This document shows, one piece after another, positions 31,001 through 42,937 of a stretch of 64,000 bases of DNA. The translations under genes were made by a program, and so were the position numbers. The notes under the pieces were generated by a model, which was not told where the DNA came from, did no database searches, and worked only from the letters and a program-made list of their open reading frames with translations. The DNA is taken from positions 1-64,000 of the forward strand of contig CAXXSM010000109.1 of the NCBI GenBank assembly GCA_963663405.2, written 5' to 3'. Source of the stretch: a bacterium (GTDB lineage: Bacteria; Hinthialibacterota; Hinthialibacteria; Hinthialibacterales; Hinthialibacteraceae). How positions within the stretch are numbered: the stretch's first letter is position 1; each line of letters starts with the position of its first letter.

Positions 31001-32473
31001 ATGAAAAAAATCCTTTCAACCATGTTCCTTCTCACATCAGTGATTGCGCTGCTATCCGGAATCGTATCTGTCGACCGCGGCGGAACAAAGTCCTGCCACC
31101 TGCTGTCCAAAAGACGCTTGATAAGGAATTGGACGGATACCGGCTTCGCAGTGTTCAGCAAGAAATCCTTAATGGGGAAAGCGTCTACCGCGTTGAAGCC
31201 CGCGGGAGAACAAACCGCAGGCTGCGAAATGCTTATTAATCAAAAAGGTTCTTTGTTAAATAAAATCTATGAAGATCAGTTTCGAATCGTTGACAACCGC
31301 CTAATGCGGGAAGAGCGTCCCTTTTTGGATTCAGTCCATCTATACACCGGAAGCCGGAGATCCCCAAAAAGCTCCACAAGCGATTCTTGAATCAATCAGC
31401 AAGATCTCATACGCGGGGGGAAATACGCTGGCGTTTGATTTAAAGGGATTAAAATCCGATGGAAACGGTATGACTAAAGAGGCGGATACATTCTACCAAG
31501 AGATTATTGACCGGCTGATCTATACTAGTATTGGCTGTTTCTGCCGCCTTTTCCCCCCCAGCGCGCCCACAGATCCAACCTACCGCCGGAACGCCGTTCG
31601 GACAGTGGCGAATTATTTCAAAAAAGAGAACCAGTTTATCTTCTGGATCGATGGTCCCAACGCGGAGGCGTTGGCGAAAGAATTTAAAAGCATCTCTCCA
31701 GGATTGGTCGTCGCGGCGCCAGGAGCGGACATGTCCATCCTTGATTCATTCTCAGATAACACACCGGATGTAAACCTACTCTCACAATTGTTTCTGATCT
31801 ATCCGAAAAACCGGACCATCAACATTTCCTGCTGAAAGATTCCCCTGAAAATATCAAAATACTGGATGAATGGAATACACCCGCCGAAGAACGAAACGCC
31901 TGGATTCCAGACAATTCCATCCTCTCCGAAAAAGAACGAAAAGAAGGTTTTGTAGCGTTGTTTGATGGAAAAACAAAAAACGGCTGGTTAACACAAGGCC
32001 GAAAGGGCTTTCTAATCGAAAACGAGACACTCCGCCGTGTCCCAGGAAGCGGAAGCATGCGAACCTTAAAACGATTCGGCGATTTTATCCTGCGTCTCGA
32101 TTACAGAATTGAAAAGAACGGGAACAGCGGTGTGCAAGTGCGATGCCCGCGCTCTCACCGCGCGTCAAAAGTCGGCTTCGAAGTCCAGATCCTTGGAGAT
32201 TATGGAGCGGAACCATCCAAGTCCAGCACGGGATCAATCTACTACTCAATCGCGCCAACCGCCAACGCCTCCAAACCATCAATGGAATGGAATTCGATGG
32301 AAATCACATGCGATGGCCCCAAAGTCAAAGTCATTTTAAACGGCCAGACGGTCCAAGACCTCAATTTCGATGATTATGAAGATCTAAAATATCGTTTGCG
32401 CGACGGATTTATTTACCTGACCGATCATGGCGCAGACGTGGCCTACCGGAATATCCGGATTAAAGAACTATGA
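31001..32473 (+). CDS. Secreted protein with C-terminal DUF1080 (3-keto-disaccharide hydrolase-like) domain, frameshifted
   Basis: Signal peptide at 31001; C-terminal ALFDGKT, FGDFILRLDY, NSGV, FEVQIL, WNSMEI, DHGADVAYRNIRIKEL; intermediate fragments lie in other frames. Confidence 0.65.
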
Positions 32474-32541
32474 TCTAAACTCAATCTACTAAAACTGATT
32501 CTTTGCATTTTAAATATAAAGTACAGCAAAAGGATGAGGAG

Positions 32542-33463
32542 ATGAGAAATCGGAGCCAAATATTCTTTCAAGGCCCTAAAAATTCAGGAAAAACGACTCT
32601 GATTAAACAGCTAATCAAATCCTCGCGGAATATCCTTTGGTCCGTGTGTATAACACAGCCGGCGCCCTCTCAGGAACTAGAGGGTGAATGGATTGAAACG
32701 GAAGAAACTCAAGCCCTCGAGGAAGCAGACGCGCTTGAATCCAAACTTTATTATCAGAATATTAATTATTCAGGCGCTAAAGGCAATTTTTGGGAGTCAG
32801 ATTTTCTTCTAAACGAATCTGACGCCATTGCATTTGAAGGAGAATATCCTGCGAGCCATTAGCGCCGATCTTTACGTGCACGTGATGCGGCCACTTGGTG
32901 ATGGAGAGAAATTGGTTTCTTTTCAAGATGTGGAAGTCACCCGGATAGATTCCCGGGAGTACCTGGAAATGATGGGAATGCCTCTTCCGGAAGACGCCCA
33001 TCTGCTAACAGATGAGGAAAGAGAGCAACTTGAAAAAGAGGAAGAAGAGAGACGAGAGGCGGGTGAGGAGATATTATCTGAAGAGATCATCGAGATTCCC
33101 GATGAATTGGGCGAAGTGATCATCCGAGCCTTAAAAGGAGAATCGACGCCAATAATGCAGAAATCATGGTCTCTGGCGCCTGGACATGAGAACATACCGC
33201 GATGTGGATTAATTGTCATCAATATATACAGTGAAGAAGAACGGCCCGCCGCCGAAAGAACACGCGCTCAAATCGAAGAACTCCGCAAGAAACCGGAATT
33301 TCGAAAAGATGTCCTCACCTATCGGTACGACATACTTCGAAGAACGATTCTCATCGCCAATCTCTCCAATCCACGCGATCCAGAATTAAAAAAGGCGCTG
33401 GCGAGAATTAAAAGAGTAGTCTCCAACGTAAAGCAAGACCGCAACCTTTCCTTTCTGTATTGA
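32542..33463 (+). CDS. Hypothetical P-loop protein with an acidic central region, frameshift near 32856
   Basis: GAGGAG RBS; GPKNSGKTT; a one-base deletion joins the two ORFs (EYPASISADLYVHV). Confidence 0.55.
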
Positions 33464-33611
33464 TGAAAAAATCAAAGATTAATGCATTTTTCCCGTCTAC
33501 TTATTTTAAAAAAAATGATTACGCTCATTCCGGGCTAAACAGATTCATATGGAATATGTTATGATCGATCCATGGCGTTGAATATACCTATTTTATCGAA
33601 AGGAAAAAAGC

Positions 33612-34768
<1,157 letters not shown>

Positions 34769-34779
34769 ATCCTTTCAGT

Positions 34780-36054
34780 CTAAAAAACAGCATTCACAGC
34801 CCTAGCTAACCGTTCGCAGCCTTCGCGCAGGATTTCTTCCTCAATCATTCCAAACGCAAGCCGCAGTTCGGAAGAACGTTTCGATTCCGGACGATCGTGG
34901 GAATAACAGAGCGCGCCGGGCACATAGAGCACTCTTTCTTCCAGCGCTTTTTTGAATAAGACACTATCCGCGCCGGTATCGCAATCCGGCGGCAGTTGCG
35001 TCCAGATATAGAAAGCGCCGATCGGACGCAGCCATTTAACGTCTGAAGGAAATGTGCTTTCGAAAATAGCAAGCGCCACATCGCGTTTCCGTTTATAGAT
35101 CGCTTTTAAATGATCCGTGTGCTCGTCGAAAGCGCCGGAACGCAGAAACCGTTTTAAGATCTGCTGGCCGAAATTGGAACTGCCGAAATCATGCGTTCCC
35201 TTTAAGTCAACCATTTTATCAATCAGCGCTTTCGGCCCAACGCCAAAACCGAGCCGCAAACCAGGAGACAACGATTTTGAAAACGATTCGGTGTAGAGCA
35301 CGAAATCGTTATCTTCTTCCAATGATTTCAACGGCGCCAGTTCCGGACCGTCAAAGCAGAGCCTCCGATAAGCGGCGTCTTCAATCAATAGGATAGGACT
35401 TCCCTTATCTCGATAAGATCGAAGCAAATCGAACACTTGCTTGCGACGCTCTTCAGCGAGAGAAATCCCCATCGGATTGGTGGAATAGGTCATTAAGTAC
35501 AACATCTTCACACGCGGAAGCAGTCCTTCCCGTTCCAACTGCGCCAAACAGTCTTCTAATTTCTCCGGCACAATACCGTCTTTGTCCGTATCGATTCCAA
35601 TCGTCCGCGCGCCACGGGATTCAAACGCGCCGAGAACCACGAAATATGTCGGGGCCTCCAGCAGAACGATATCCCCCTCATCCAACAACGCTTCCGCCGT
35701 TAGATACAGCGCCTGTTGAGAGCCAGAACTGATTAAAAAATGCGATTCATCGATCCCTGCGGATGGATGGAACACTCCTTCCGCGTGGAGCCGTTGATTG
35801 AGATCGCGCCGCAGTTCCAGATCCCCTTGCGTAGTGCCGTATTGCAATGGATCCCGTCCCGCCTTCACATCATCCAACATCTCCTGGATGATGCCGGAGG
35901 CGGCGGCGCTAGGCAGCGATTGTTGATCGACAAACCCCGCCGCCAGCGAGATCAAACCCGGGACCTCCAACGCCTGCGCCATCAGCCAACTGATCTCTGG
36001 AGGCGAGGTTCTTTCCGCCAAAGAAGAGAATTTTTTTGTCCAATCACTTTTCAT
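34780..36054 (-). CDS. PLP-dependent class I/II aminotransferase (LysN/2-aminoadipate transaminase-like)
   Basis: ISLAAGF, LQYGTTQG, GSQQAL, EDAAY, SFSKSLSPGLRLG. Confidence 0.88.
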   Translation of the reverse strand: MKSDWTKKFSSLAERTSPPEISWLMAQALEVPGLISLAAGFVDQQSLPSAAASGIIQEMLDDVKAGRDPLQYGTTQGDLELRRDLNQRLHAEGVFHPSAGIDESHFLISSGSQQALYLTAEALLDEGDIVLLEAPTYFVVLGAFESRGARTIGIDTDKDGIVPEKLEDCLAQLEREGLLPRVKMLYLMTYSTNPMGISLAEERRKQVFDLLRSYRDKGSPILLIEDAAYRRLCFDGPELAPLKSLEEDNDFVLYTESFSKSLSPGLRLGFGVGPKALIDKMVDLKGTHDFGSSNFGQQILKRFLRSGAFDEHTDHLKAIYKRKRDVALAIFESTFPSDVKWLRPIGAFYIWTQLPPDCDTGADSVLFKKALEERVLYVPGALCYSHDRPESKRSSELRLAFGMIEEEILREGCERLARAVNAVF

Positions 36055-36285
36055 GGTATTTGACGATCCTTTGAAGTATTCCTATCATTCTAGTAAACAC
36101 GGCTGTATTTTCAAATACTAAATAATAAAAATGAGATCTAAATACATTAAATCCGGTTTGTCATACACTTTACGCGCTTTGTTTTCTGTCTGTGCAAGAA
36201 ACAAACTATCGCCTAACCAGTATCGAACGAATGGTATCAATTGTCGACTAAACATTATTAAAGGATTTCCCGTCAATATTCTATT

Positions 36286-37116
36286 ATGAAAAGACTCTCT
36301 CCCAACTTTCTATCATTTTTACCGGCCATCATTCTCATTTTTATGATGCTCCTGTGGCTCGACGTCGCCGATCTCGTACATTTTCCCAAGGCTTTTTATA
36401 AATGGTATTTAGCCATCTTAGGATTACTGTTTTTATGGTGGCCTTTCGATATGTTGATCCATTGGGAGAAACGAACGCCCGCGTCGATCGCCAAGGATAA
36501 ATACATCGCCATGATGGCGTGCGCCGTCATTTGCTTTGTCGTTCCGTATTACTTTTGGTTGACGCCATTCTATCCAACATTGGGAATCTCGGTGTTAATC
36601 TCGATCGTGATCCCGGGCCTTTGGATCATTTTCCGGTACCTTCGATCCAAGATCGTTACTGTCAATTCATCTCATATTTATCAAATCGCGATGAAATCCG
36701 ATCGCGCCCAAGAATTTATGAACTATTTCCCCGGCGCCCACCAATATATTACCGGCCTTACACCGGGCGAGGGTGAACGTTCCTATTTATGGCTGCACCA
36801 TCGTAAGGCCTGTGACGCATTGGAAGAGAGTTGGATTGATTATGTCTTAAGTGTGGCGGTCGACCGCCGCCTGGGAATCCATATCGGTGGAAAAGAGCAG
36901 CTGGATTGTTACTTATTTAAAAATGACGGTAGAAACTGCGGTGTCGGCTTCCTTCCTTCGTCCAATATCGGACGCGCGTTGGATTACGGCTTTTCCCAGG
37001 ATGAAATGGAAAACGCCATCGCGGAAGCCCGGACACTGTCACACCGTTGGAAAGCGCTCGGAGACGAACCGCTGACGATACGACATTATCCCGGCCGTTA
37101 TGTAAAAATTCGATGA
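36286..37116 (+). CDS. Hypothetical membrane protein (about 4 N-terminal TM helices)
   Basis: 276-aa ORF with hydrophobic N-half; first gene of a tight three-gene run. Confidence 0.65.
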   Translation: MKRLSPNFLSFLPAIILIFMMLLWLDVADLVHFPKAFYKWYLAILGLLFLWWPFDMLIHWEKRTPASIAKDKYIAMMACAVICFVVPYYFWLTPFYPTLGISVLISIVIPGLWIIFRYLRSKIVTVNSSHIYQIAMKSDRAQEFMNYFPGAHQYITGLTPGEGERSYLWLHHRKACDALEESWIDYVLSVAVDRRLGIHIGGKEQLDCYLFKNDGRNCGVGFLPSSNIGRALDYGFSQDEMENAIAEARTLSHRWKALGDEPLTIRHYPGRYVKIR

Positions 37117-37129
37117 ACGAGGTTAATCA

Positions 37130-38440
37130 ATGCCGCGACGTCTCTCAATAGTTATCCTCCTATCCATCTTAACCACTATAACCGGCACCTGCAAAGAAAT
37201 AACGCTGTTCGTCACGGGACAGACGGAAGGGCTTCTAGAGCAATGTGGATGTGTTCATGAAAAAGGAGGCCTGGAAGCGCGGGCTGGATATCTTACTGAA
37301 TGGCGTTCTAATAACATTCCGTTTCTTCTCCTCGATGTGGGTGGATTTCTTCCAACGAAGCAAACTCCAATCGGCCAAGCCATCGCTGAGATGAACGTAA
37401 AAGCGATGAAACAATTAGGATACAACGGGATTCTTCTCTCCCCCAGCGATCTCGCGTATGGTAAAGACTTTTTTACAAAAAATGTTTCTCTCCCCTTTCT
37501 ATGTTCCAATGTAAAAGATTCTCCAAATGTCAACAAAAGCGCCGCCATTGCAATCGATGATATTGTATTCGGATTGATCGGGATTCCCTCCCTTCAACAA
37601 AAGAAACAAAAAGGTGAATGGATCCTGGAAGATCCCACGAAAGCGATTGTGGAAGAAGCCGGCCGGTTAAAAAATGAGGATCATGTTGATGCGATTATTT
37701 TGTTAGCGCACGAACCTCCCCCAACGGTAACTAAGTGGCTGGACACCTATGAAGGCCCGAAAATCGACCTGATCGTTACCATCGATTTTGGTATCCAGGT
37801 TAAACAGTACAAAGATATCTTCTTAACCAACGCGCCCGCTAAAGGACATGCGATCGGCAAAATCACTCTGGACATAGAAAAAGGCGCTGGACTGAAGAAC
37901 GTTTCCTATGAGCGAATCTCCTTAGATCCAAAGATTCATAGAAACATTACAATGCGAGGATTTCTTGATATATCATATATTAATGCAATTGAAAAACTCG
38001 ACCTTTCCTATGACGGGCCTCCCATCTTACAAAACCGGAAAGAGGAAAAGAATGAATTAAACGCGTATGTGGGAGCGCAGACTTGCGGATTCTGCCATAC
38101 GGCGCAATTCGAACAATGGAAGAACACCCGGCACGCCATCGCGTTCAATGAACTGTTGGAGAAAAACCGCCATTGGGTTCCGAAATGCGCAGCGTGTCAT
38201 GTAACAGGATTCGGCCATCCAAAAGGTTTTACACGCTTTCCCGAAATCCCCTTATTGGAATTGCGGGATGTGCAATGCGAAGTCTGTCACGGACCCGGCG
38301 CGCTGCATGTTAACGAATCCGGCAGCGGCCCCATCCGCCGCAAAATCGATGAATCGCTCTGCATGGAATGTCACGATCAAAAAAATAGCCCCCAATTCAA
38401 AGACCTATCCGATCTCTATTTCAAAAAAATCAAGCATTGA
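37130..38440 (+). CDS. Exported 5'-nucleotidase-like domain fused to a tetraheme cytochrome c (c554-like)
   Basis: Signal peptide; CGC..GG motif; four CxxCH motifs (CGFCH, CAACH, CEVCH, CMECH). Confidence 0.85.
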   Translation: MPRRLSIVILLSILTTITGTCKEITLFVTGQTEGLLEQCGCVHEKGGLEARAGYLTEWRSNNIPFLLLDVGGFLPTKQTPIGQAIAEMNVKAMKQLGYNGILLSPSDLAYGKDFFTKNVSLPFLCSNVKDSPNVNKSAAIAIDDIVFGLIGIPSLQQKKQKGEWILEDPTKAIVEEAGRLKNEDHVDAIILLAHEPPPTVTKWLDTYEGPKIDLIVTIDFGIQVKQYKDIFLTNAPAKGHAIGKITLDIEKGAGLKNVSYERISLDPKIHRNITMRGFLDISYINAIEKLDLSYDGPPILQNRKEEKNELNAYVGAQTCGFCHTAQFEQWKNTRHAIAFNELLEKNRHWVPKCAACHVTGFGHPKGFTRFPEIPLLELRDVQCEVCHGPGALHVNESGSGPIRRKIDESLCMECHDQKNSPQFKDLSDLYFKKIKH

Positions 38441-38459
38441 TGATTTGAGGAATCAAGTA

Positions 38460-39146
38460 TTGCTCACACCATTTGAACAACTCTCACAACATCCTTTCAA
38501 CCGCCCCCGCTCCCTTGTCGAACGCATATTCGATCGAGCGGGTATTAACCGGTTGTTCCTGCGTGAAGGCAAACGGCCGCAGGTTCGAGTTCAAGAGAAC
38601 ATTTTGGTTTCCCCTGTGGAAGGAAAATTAATAGAGATACAAACGTTAAGCTCATCTTCAAAAATCAGGGGAAAAAAACACTTAGGGCGTATTGAATGGT
38701 ATTCCTTCGAAGATCTCGTATATACACCAGACGAACAACAGATCTTCGACAAAGGGCTGGCGTTTAATTTCTATCTATGCCCTCTCAATCTTCACTACCT
38801 TCTCTTCCCCACCCGTTTAACAGTGCTTGACATGTCCTATCATCCAGGCGCCTGCCGTCCCATCGCATTCATGAAAAGCGGCGAAATCCGCAATGAACGG
38901 CTGGTCCTATCCACAGAAACCGCCTCTGGCGTTCCCATGATTATCGTTCTGATCGCGTCGTTCTTAGTGAGTGGGATTGAATGCGTGGCTGATATAGGAA
39001 AGACATATGCGGCAGGTGAACTGCTTGGTGGCTTTAAAATGGGCTCAACGGTTATGTTGCTCTTTCCCCACAATGCGGTTGAGTCTTTGGTAGAACCTGG
39101 CTCTAAGATTATGTTAAACGAACCCTTCGCACAGTTCCACTCTTAG
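38460..39146 (+). CDS. psd: Phosphatidylserine decarboxylase-family proenzyme
   Basis: SPVEGK, FYLCPLNLH, RNER, GGFKMGSTVMLLF self-cleavage (GST) motif; TTG start inferred from a GAGG RBS. Confidence 0.75.
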   Translation: MLTPFEQLSQHPFNRPRSLVERIFDRAGINRLFLREGKRPQVRVQENILVSPVEGKLIEIQTLSSSSKIRGKKHLGRIEWYSFEDLVYTPDEQQIFDKGLAFNFYLCPLNLHYLLFPTRLTVLDMSYHPGACRPIAFMKSGEIRNERLVLSTETASGVPMIIVLIASFLVSGIECVADIGKTYAAGELLGGFKMGSTVMLLFPHNAVESLVEPGSKIMLNEPFAQFHS

Positions 39147-40534
39147 GGTTCCACCGTAATAATCGCCCTGCGGTAGCTATAGAGAGGAGGATTCCCATGA
39201 TCCTTCAATTGAAGAATGATATGAATCGTCACTTCCCGCTTGGTATCCGGCGCCGTGAAACTTGTGTGTAAAGAATCAGTCGATGTCAGTTCGACAGTCC
39301 CCCTGTAGGTTCCCGCTTCTGGATAGTAAAACCATTTCACTTCAAACTGATTTCGATCGGGATCGCTGGAACCTTCGGCGGAAAGTTGAACCTGGGCGCC
39401 GGATTTGACAGATAACTCTAAGATATCCTTTCCGGACGCATTATTGATTACAGCGATAGGATTGTGGTTCGCATCCTCGTATCGATCCGCCACACACCAA
39501 TCCATCCGAGCCGCAAAATCGTATTGATACGCGTCACGCCAGCGCCAGATTGTGGCCTGGGCGGTGGTATACGTGGAGCCATCCTGCGCTGTTACCGTGT
39601 CACGTCTGTTGGTGTAAATCGGGCGGGTTTCCGCATACGTTTGCAAAAGAGCGTACCGGCCTCCCCATCCCCCATACGCTGGATCGACATGGCTGCCCAA
39701 TCCGTTCTGTATAAGGTTGATGAACGACGGCGTATCGCCTTCCATGATGTAGGCGAGTTTAGGATAAAGCGCGCCTAGCGGTCCGTGATTTTCAATTACA
39801 TTCTCAGTCAACCAAGGATTATCTACCAATTCAAAATAATGATAGGGGCCGTTTTTATAATGCCGGTCACCGGAAATGCCTGACCAAGTGGCTTTGTGAT
39901 ACTCTCCACTGCCCACGCGGCTGGGGGATACGATATAAAAAAGATCGGGAAACGTGATACGCAGCCACCGCCCGGCGTTATCCTGATCGGAGATTGTATA
40001 CACACGCAGTTTTGAGACAAAGCGTTCAAGCGCCTCTGGGCTCCGTGTGTATTTGACATCCCACAACGCCTGCGCTAACGTATTCGCGCCTCCCCAAACA
40101 CTGATCCACACAGGACGAGGATCCGGACGGTCAACAACTTCGATAATGTGTTTCGATCCATCCGTGCTCTTCCCAAATCCGACAGCGTCCATCCCAAATC
40201 CAGGCTGGCCAGTTTTAGAGACATTCAGTAAACTCTCAACATCCGGATAGCCAGACGCATGAACTAAGAGATTCTCCCTTACTTGCCCATACGCCTTGAT
40301 CTGCCGTTGGATCAGATCGAGCCGGGGATTTTTCCGCAGCCAAACCGACGTTGTAGCGATCAATCCTTCAACATCGTATTCATTCGAATAGACCAAAAAC
40401 CGGACCATCGACTCTTCATCATCCGGCTCATTCGAGATGTCAGTCAACACAATGACACGTTCTTTTTCAGCCGCAAAAACAACACCACATACAAATAATA
40501 AAAGACAGATCGTGAATGTAAGTTGTTTAACCAT
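39143..40534 (-). CDS. Secreted DUF1593 nucleoside-hydrolase-like protein with C-terminal PKD/Ig-like domain
   Basis: VLTDISNEPDDEESMVRFLVYSNE, WGGANTLAQAL, EGDTPSF, GGWGGRY, DFAARMDW, ANHNP. Confidence 0.85.
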   Translation of the reverse strand: MVKQLTFTICLLLFVCGVVFAAEKERVIVLTDISNEPDDEESMVRFLVYSNEYDVEGLIATTSVWLRKNPRLDLIQRQIKAYGQVRENLLVHASGYPDVESLLNVSKTGQPGFGMDAVGFGKSTDGSKHIIEVVDRPDPRPVWISVWGGANTLAQALWDVKYTRSPEALERFVSKLRVYTISDQDNAGRWLRITFPDLFYIVSPSRVGSGEYHKATWSGISGDRHYKNGPYHYFELVDNPWLTENVIENHGPLGALYPKLAYIMEGDTPSFINLIQNGLGSHVDPAYGGWGGRYALLQTYAETRPIYTNRRDTVTAQDGSTYTTAQATIWRWRDAYQYDFAARMDWCVADRYEDANHNPIAVINNASGKDILELSVKSGAQVQLSAEGSSDPDRNQFEVKWFYYPEAGTYRGTVELTSTDSLHTSFTAPDTKREVTIHIILQLKDHGNPPLYSYRRAIITVEP

Positions 40535-40568
40535 TATTCACTTTCCTTTCACACTATGTTGACAGCAT

Positions 40569-40698
40569 GTAGGGTGGGTCGCGCTTTATCGATCCACCGG
40601 GAATGATTCATATATTCGGCGCCTCATAAAGACGCGAGGCGCCCTACCGTAACCCTCGCAACTTATTCTCACCTGTTCGTTATGAACTCAATCATGAT
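40569..40698. repeat. REP/REPIN-like element (GTAG family), copy 2, two intact hairpins
   Basis: GTAG-GGTGGGTC..GATCCACC and GGCGCCTC..GAGGCGCC-CTAC in inverted arrangement; homologous to 7466-7586. Confidence 0.8.
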
Positions 40699-40750
40699 GG
40701 ATAACATAACGATAGGAAGCAGGTAAGAAGACACGAAATGAATAGTTATC

Positions 40751-42883
40751 CTATTCCTCTACCACAAATTGACTGTCATCCACTTCCGGATTAATCACAT
40801 AGGATTGAACTTTTGAGACTAACGTTTCTTTCCCATCTTGGTTAAGAATCATATGAAATGGGATTTTGACATCACTAACATCCCGGTAATCCGAATAGAT
40901 CTCTTCACAATCCGCCGGCGCGCCCATTATACTCATCCCCCGGTACTGAATCTTCGCAGGGATCATTGTTTCTGCGTTGAGATAGAGTTTGAAGGAACTA
41001 CCATCATTCAGTCTAATATGCAGGACTTCGCAGGACTCCTCTCCGGCCTTTTCTTCACCGAGATATTGGATTTCAAAGTCAGTTTGATCGATCCGGCCAA
41101 AAAAGAAGGTTAAATTCCGGCGCAAATCCGCCTGCATTTCTTTCATGGTCTGCTCAGGAGCGGGCATGGAGCCGTTCGGAGTCACCAGCCACGCTTTATC
41201 CCCATTCAAAATCTGCAATATTTCACCCATCGGCAAGTTCATCACAACGCGCTCGCGATCAGGGGGAACAATGGTCGCCGTCGATTTCGCGGATAATGCG
41301 CCTTGAGGAGTCACAATATTCAATTCACTCTTGATCTGGGCGGATTGAATCACCTGAAACGCTTTCAAACCTCCACACGCTTCCACCGATTTGCTTAAGA
41401 ATTCCTTTCCTTTAGCGACATCATCATCCGTGGCTTCAGGCAGTTCTTCTTCGACAACAGGGATAGTGATATCAATCTCATTCACTTCGCCAAGTTCTGA
41501 AAGCGGTCGGTCAAATAATTCTGGATTTCCCACAGCCAGTATACGCAGCCGGTCAGGATGTAAATATTTTTTCGCCACGCGCAACACATCCTCTTTCGTC
41601 ACCTTCTCCACATTCTCTTTGGTTTTCTGCAGGAAATCCTTGGGATAGCCATAGTACTCATACATCATCATCCGGTTAACGATTTCACCCTTCGTATCGA
41701 AATTGAAGACATAGGAATTAAGGTATTGATCCTTGGCCTGCGCCAATTCTTCATCCGTGACCAATTCCTTTGTCATCTTATCAATCTCAGCGATTAAAGC
41801 TTCTAAGGCTTTAACGGTGGAGTCCGCTTTCGTTTGGCTATAAACAAAAAACGTTCCTGGATACGCGAAATTGGAGCCATAACGCCCTCCCGCTGAGTAC
41901 GCCAATCCCATCCGTGAGCGGATATTTTTAAAAATCCGGCTGGTAAACGCGCCCCCCAAAATATCACTCATCACTTCGAGCGCAAAGTAATCTGGATTAT
42001 CCATCAATCCGCCAATGTGCCCCAAACGAATGATAGTCTGATTGATATCCTCTTTTTTGATTAGGTTAACAGAGGAATCAAATTCATAGTTCACCACAGG
42101 AAGCGGTTTGCGTTCAAACCCGCTTTTTTTCCAATTGGCGAAAGCGCGTTCGATTGTTTCCTTCATTTCCCCCGCGTCAAAATCACCCCATACGCTGATC
42201 ATGCAATTATCCGGGTGGAAAAACTCTTGGTGAAAATCGATCAGATCCTCCCGTGTGATCGCGTCAACATCCGCGTATTCAGAATGCCGCGCATAGGGAC
42301 TGTCCGCCCCATAAATCAGCTTGGGGAATTCCCGCGAAGCGATCGAACTGGCTTGATCGTTGCGCCGGGCGATCACACTGCGCAGCTGCACTTTGGCCAA
42401 GTCGATCTTATCCTGCGGAAACGCGGGATGTGTCAACACATCAACTAAAATGGATAGACCTTGGTCAAGATGCTCTTTCAATACAGACATGGAGGCGGAA
42501 CCGGATGTCAATCCAATGCCGGTTTCCACTGATCCCGCGATCGATTCCAGCGCTTCATCCATCTCTTCACCGGACATCGTAAGAGAACCGCCGGTGCGCA
42601 TCACTTCCCCCGTAATCGACGCCAGACCGATTTTCCCTACAGGATCATCAATGGAACCTACACCAAAACGAGCGGAAAGATTAATTAAAGGCAATTCGTG
42701 ATCTTCCAGCAGAAACAGAATAATTCCATCGCTCAATTCAATCCGTTCGACATCGGGGATTTGGATGTCATTCAGCCGTGGATAGGTGATATCTTTATAA
42801 TATTTCTGAGCGGCGCTGGTTCCGGCGAACAGCAAACCGGAAACGCCAACGAGAAGAAAAAGAACTGTTTTTTGTATCTTCAT
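40751..42883 (-). CDS. M16B peptidase non-catalytic subunit with C-terminal extension
   Basis: Signal peptide; EDHELPLI, ILGGAFTSRIFKNIRSRMGLAYS (R-Y pair); no HxxEH. Confidence 0.85.
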   Translation of the reverse strand: MKIQKTVLFLLVGVSGLLFAGTSAAQKYYKDITYPRLNDIQIPDVERIELSDGIILFLLEDHELPLINLSARFGVGSIDDPVGKIGLASITGEVMRTGGSLTMSGEEMDEALESIAGSVETGIGLTSGSASMSVLKEHLDQGLSILVDVLTHPAFPQDKIDLAKVQLRSVIARRNDQASSIASREFPKLIYGADSPYARHSEYADVDAITREDLIDFHQEFFHPDNCMISVWGDFDAGEMKETIERAFANWKKSGFERKPLPVVNYEFDSSVNLIKKEDINQTIIRLGHIGGLMDNPDYFALEVMSDILGGAFTSRIFKNIRSRMGLAYSAGGRYGSNFAYPGTFFVYSQTKADSTVKALEALIAEIDKMTKELVTDEELAQAKDQYLNSYVFNFDTKGEIVNRMMMYEYYGYPKDFLQKTKENVEKVTKEDVLRVAKKYLHPDRLRILAVGNPELFDRPLSELGEVNEIDITIPVVEEELPEATDDDVAKGKEFLSKSVEACGGLKAFQVIQSAQIKSELNIVTPQGALSAKSTATIVPPDRERVVMNLPMGEILQILNGDKAWLVTPNGSMPAPEQTMKEMQADLRRNLTFFFGRIDQTDFEIQYLGEEKAGEESCEVLHIRLNDGSSFKLYLNAETMIPAKIQYRGMSIMGAPADCEEIYSDYRDVSDVKIPFHMILNQDGKETLVSKVQSYVINPEVDDSQFVVEE

Positions 42884-42937
42884 GGTTTCTCCTTCACCAA
42901 ATCATTTGAAATGGAATTCGTTTAAAATGATGGATTT

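Noticed and set aside
37240-37260. Selenocysteine recoding at the CGC motif of the cytochrome fusion
   Set aside because: Codons are TGT GGA TGT; there is no in-frame TGA
38268-38459. N-terminal extension of psd given in the ORF track
   Set aside because: It overlaps the heme-binding end of the upstream gene in another frame; TTG at 38460 with a GAGG RBS is more plausible
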